The position numbers and the translations under genes were made by a program. This document shows positions 60,488 to 64,000 of a stretch of DNA of 64,000 bases, piece after piece. Position 1 is the stretch's first letter; the number at the start of each line of letters is the position of its first letter. The stretch covers positions 114,781-178,780 of the forward strand of contig CBFHKU010000001.1 in the NCBI GenBank assembly GCA_965656495.1. Direction: 5' to 3'. The DNA comes from Coraliomargaritaceae bacterium (lineage in GTDB: Bacteria; Verrucomicrobiota; Verrucomicrobiia; Opitutales; Coraliomargaritaceae). Under the pieces are notes generated by a model that did no database searches, was not told where the DNA came from, and saw only the letters and a list, made by a program, of their open reading frames with translations.

Positions 60488-62871
60488 TTCTGGCTTGGGT
60501 TTGGGCGTCCCAAATTGAGGTAGGCGATGCCAAGGGTGGCAAGCGAACTGGATGGCATGAGGACGGCGGCCAAGAGCGGGTGCATCCAGCCGACGAGGCA
60601 AATGCTGACTGCCGCGACATTATAAACAACCGCAGTCGTGAAAATGCTTGCGACGGTCAAGCGTCTCCGACGGGCAGTGTTGAAGAGCTCGGGGAGGCCC
60701 CGCAAGCTGCGTCCGAAAAAGAAGAAATCGGAAGCGGGTTCTAGGATGCTTTGTTCTGCGACGGGGGTACCGCGACAGATGGCATGCTTGAATGCGAGGC
60801 GGTCGTTTGCGCCGTCACCAATCATGAGGGCGGAATCGTGTGCGTGGTTTTGGATCCAGTCTGCTTTGTCCTTTGAACTGCAATCGCCGAATGCGGCGTG
60901 AGCGGGAAGATTCAGGGCGCTGGCAACGCCTTGCACGCGGGCGTCGATATCGCCGCTAAGGATCACCGTTTCCAGATGCATCCTTTTGAATTGGCGGGAT
61001 GCTTCGAGGGCATCGTCCCGGACATCTTCAGCGAAATCAAATCCGGTAATAAAGGTGCCATTTTTGCGCAGGACGGCACGATGGGCATGGTGATTTTTGG
61101 CATCCGGGGTGGCTTCCCACTTGGCTTGCCCGAGGGTCCAACGGTTTTTGTCGGGATCCTGCCAGGCGAGTCCCCGTCCGATGTATTCAGTGACGTCTTC
61201 TGCGGCGGGCGGGATGTTCGGTTTTCCGCGCTGGGCGAGGAGAACTTCACGCAGCGATCGTGTCAGGGGGTGGGGGTGTCGATCCACCATCACAAAAAGG
61301 GCAAGTAGGGCGGTATCATCGAGTTGATGGAGATCGAGTTCATTGAGGAGTCGTGGGGTGGAGAGGGTGAGGGTGCCGGTTTTGTCAAAGATCACGCATT
61401 TAACCTGGCGCAGACGTTCCCAGATGTTGTTGGACTTTATGTAAAGACCGAGCTTACGCAGTCGGGCATTGGCAAAGGTGTCGCACAAGGGGAGAGCTAC
61501 GCCGAGGGCGCAGGGGCAGGAGACAATAAGGACCGAGGTGAGTACCTGTAGGGCGAGGAGGAGTTCGCCGGTAAATGCGACCCAAGCGAGCCCCCCGAGG
61601 AAGGCGATGCCAAGTACCGCCAAAATATAATATTTGAGGATGGCTTGGAGGCGTTTATTTTGAAACTGGGGTTCCTTGTTTGCGAGGAGGGTGAAGAGGG
61701 TGCTGTCGCGCCAGTTTTCGCGTGCCTTGAATGCGGGGCGACCCATGCTCAGGTTAATGGCTCCGGCAGGTACAATTTTATTGCTTGGCCAGAGGACGGG
61801 ATGGGGTTCGCCGGTAATCCACTCCATGCTCAGGGAGGCGGCGGGGTCGAGTAATTCAGCTGCCACCGGATTAATTCCACCGGGCTCAATGCTATAGACT
61901 TGTCCGGCAGTTAAGGTTTCGACCGCAACCCGTTCTCCGTCTCTGGGGCCTCCTAGGAGAATGACATCTTGCAAATTCTGGTTTTGTTTTCGGAGGATGG
62001 CATGATTGCGCTCGAGGGTATGTTCCTGAAGCCAGCGCCCCACGAGCATGAGGAAGACGAAGGTGGAGACAAAATCGAAATAAATGAGGGAGGTGTAACC
62101 AGTGGCCCAGCCCACCAGCGATCCTGTATAGGCGGCGAGCAGGCCTAATGAAATAGGGAGGTCGATATGCAGGACATGGCATAGGAGGGATTGCCAGGCT
62201 CGTTTAAAAAAGTAACCGCCGCCAATAATGATGCTCAATGTAGCAAAAAAGGCCCCAAGCATATGGAAGAGTGGGCTCAGGAAAAAATCACCGCCCATCC
62301 CAAGATAACCGGGCAGGGTAAAAAGCATGGTATTGAGGAGGAGGAAGGCACAGATTCCCAACCGGCTAGCAAGCTGGTGGCTTTGGGGTCGTTGCTCGGT
62401 TTCTGCATCAAGGGGCGCAATGCGGTAGCCCAACTGCCGGAGCGCCAGACCAAATTTTTCAATTTCAAAAATCTCGCGCCGCCAGATGAGGAGCACCTGC
62501 CCGGCTTGCGAATCAATTTTTATGTCAATCGCGCCGGGTTCGCGTTTATAGACCGCATCAATCAACCAAACGCAAGCGAGGCAACTGATGCCTTCGAGTC
62601 GAAACTCCCCCCGCACGATTTCGTTTTCACTTTTTTGTTGGAGAGTTCTTTGGGCGGATTTAATGGCGCGTTGTTCGGTTTGACTGAAGACGGAGGCTCC
62701 GGCGGGTGGGAGGGTAGCCTTACCTCTTATTTGGTAGAATTGGTCGAGGTCATTATCATGAATGACGTTCCAGACGAATTTACAGCCGCGACAACAAAAG
62801 CGTTCTTCCGTGGTGGCGGAAAAGGGGGTGCCGCAGTGGGCGCAATCGGTAAGCTGAGTGGTGCGGCTCAT
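60469..62871 (-). CDS. ccoI: Heavy-metal (Cu) P1B-type ATPase, CcoI/FixI type
   Basis: CAHC..FCCRGC, ISCLAC, TGE, CPC, DKTGT, HP, GDGAND; downstream of ccoG. Confidence 0.88.
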   Translation of the reverse strand: MSRTTQLTDCAHCGTPFSATTEERFCCRGCKFVWNVIHDNDLDQFYQIRGKATLPPAGASVFSQTEQRAIKSAQRTLQQKSENEIVRGEFRLEGISCLACVWLIDAVYKREPGAIDIKIDSQAGQVLLIWRREIFEIEKFGLALRQLGYRIAPLDAETEQRPQSHQLASRLGICAFLLLNTMLFTLPGYLGMGGDFFLSPLFHMLGAFFATLSIIIGGGYFFKRAWQSLLCHVLHIDLPISLGLLAAYTGSLVGWATGYTSLIYFDFVSTFVFLMLVGRWLQEHTLERNHAILRKQNQNLQDVILLGGPRDGERVAVETLTAGQVYSIEPGGINPVAAELLDPAASLSMEWITGEPHPVLWPSNKIVPAGAINLSMGRPAFKARENWRDSTLFTLLANKEPQFQNKRLQAILKYYILAVLGIAFLGGLAWVAFTGELLLALQVLTSVLIVSCPCALGVALPLCDTFANARLRKLGLYIKSNNIWERLRQVKCVIFDKTGTLTLSTPRLLNELDLHQLDDTALLALFVMVDRHPHPLTRSLREVLLAQRGKPNIPPAAEDVTEYIGRGLAWQDPDKNRWTLGQAKWEATPDAKNHHAHRAVLRKNGTFITGFDFAEDVRDDALEASRQFKRMHLETVILSGDIDARVQGVASALNLPAHAAFGDCSSKDKADWIQNHAHDSALMIGDGANDRLAFKHAICRGTPVAEQSILEPASDFFFFGRSLRGLPELFNTARRRRLTVASIFTTAVVYNVAAVSICLVGWMHPLLAAVLMPSSSLATLGIAYLNLGRPNPSQNYTVRE

Positions 62872-62872
62872 G

Positions 62873-63043
62873 TCAGGGATTCACGGAAGTGGTGCGGCTG
62901 TTTTGCTCGAGGGGGATGGGGTCGGATGGCGTTTTTTTGGCGAGCCGGATTGTAAACGCCCATGCTGCGATAACGAAAAGGAAGGCCAATATAACGGGAA
63001 TCCAGAGCGTCCAAGCCGAGGTTTTTTTAGGGCTATTTTCCAT
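62873..63043 (-). CDS. Small single-TM protein at the ccoH position
   Basis: 56 aa, WTLWIPVILAFLFVIAAWAFTIRLA; overlaps the ccoG end and ends 1 nt before the ccoI start. Confidence 0.6.
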   Translation of the reverse strand: MENSPKKTSAWTLWIPVILAFLFVIAAWAFTIRLAKKTPSDPIPLEQNSRTTSVNP

Positions 63044-64000
63044 GGCTTGGAACTTGGGTTTTAGGGCCAAGGAATTCGGCTTTACGGGTGATGCTGGAGG
63101 CGGGGTTTAATTGCCGGACCGTGATTTCCAGCGGGAATTGCCCGTGATAATCGGCGGCCTGAACAGAGACTATGATTGGTTTTACCAGTTCTCCCATCGG
63201 CGGAACCTCCACCGGTTCAGAGGCGCCCATCACGCTAAAGGGGTGGTCTGCCTGTACGCTAAGGTTATAAGCCTTGGGGCTGTTGGTCTTGTTGATGACG
63301 CGAACCATGTATTGGTTGCGATAGCCGTCCTCGGTTTGGTAGTAAGGTGGCCCCGCCATGCGCACGATATTCATATTCATGCCATGTAGGTGGAAGGCGG
63401 AGAGGGTGAGCACGGTGGCACCAAGGAGAAGGAGGGCGGCGTAGAGGAGAATGCGTGGCCGGATGATGCGCCGGGCTTTGCCCGCCAGTCCATTGAGGGA
63501 ATCATAGCGAACGAGCCCCTTGGCACGGCCGAGTTTCTCCATGATCGCGTCGCAGGCGTCCACGCAGTTTGCACAGGCGATACATTCCATTTGGAGGCCC
63601 TGCCGGATGTCGATCCCGGTGGGGCAAACCTGAATGCAACGCCTGCAATTCACGCAATCGCCAAAGCCGGAGCGGGTAGCGGGACCCGGCGGGTTGCCGC
63701 GCTCGTTGTCGTAGCCTATGATAATGGAGTCGTCATCAATCAGGGCGCTTTGGAGGCGTCCATAGGGACAAATAATGAGGCACAATTGCTCGCGGAACCA
63801 GGAGAAATTAAAATAAAGGATGGTGCTTGCGATACAGATGAAGAGAAAGGCATCCCAGTGCTCGAGTGGGCTGTGCTGTATCCAATTGTAGAGCTCCGGC
63901 ATAGAAATGAAATATGCGAGAAATATATGCGCGATGAAAATGGAAAGCAGGGCAAAGGAGGTGTGCTTCAGGCAACGTTTGCGAAGTTTCTGCGGACTCA
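63033..64000 (-). CDS. ccoG: cbb3-type oxidase accessory ferredoxin CcoG/FixG (5' end outside window)
   Basis: FREQLCLIICPYGRLQS, GDCVNCRRCIQVCPTGIDIR, QMECIACANCVDAC. Confidence 0.93.
   Translation of the reverse strand, partial: SPQKLRKRCLKHTSFALLSIFIAHIFLAYFISMPELYNWIQHSPLEHWDAFLFICIASTILYFNFSWFREQLCLIICPYGRLQSALIDDDSIIIGYDNERGNPPGPATRSGFGDCVNCRRCIQVCPTGIDIRQGLQMECIACANCVDACDAIMEKLGRAKGLVRYDSLNGLAGKARRIIRPRILLYAALLLLGATVLTLSAFHLHGMNMNIVRMAGPPYYQTEDGYRNQYMVRVINKTNSPKAYNLSVQADHPFSVMGASEPVEVPPMGELVKPIIVSVQAADYHGQFPLEITVRQLNPASSITRKAEFLGPKTQVPSHGK

Overview
Bacterial chromosomal window. It is most likely Verrucomicrobiota, class Opitutia (Coraliomargarita/Puniceicoccales-like), inferred from a PEP-CTERM protein, SHD1-like domains and the protein families present; no database check was possible. 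Most of it is core genome: a resB-like cytochrome c biogenesis gene, ychF, prfB (with its +1 programmed frameshift), glgP, gltX-glnS-galK-trpS, metK-ahcY, an Fpg-family glycosylase, galM, ppk1, htpG, a sigma-54 response regulator, hemN, ccoI/ccoG and four tRNAs (Cys, Leu, Thr, Gly). Accessory DNA clusters at tRNA 3' ends. (1) A 4.7-kb islet at tRNA-Gly is bounded by an exact 30-bp direct repeat. It holds a same-strand array of toxin-antitoxin and hypothetical genes separated by degenerate attC-like sites, with no integrase. (2) A PEP-CTERM gene beside tRNA-Leu is put out of frame by a G12 tract in its leader (candidate phase variation). (3) A tRNA-Cys islet holds a 77-bp tandem repeat, a Phd/PIN pair and a pseudogene. 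Also notable: a GxxExxY gene with inverted triple-repeat arms between metK and ahcY, a SahR-like operator, a structured 5' leader before two paralogous microproteins, a ~1700-aa subtilase and a TonB receptor with large insertions. All calls rest on motif recognition by eye.
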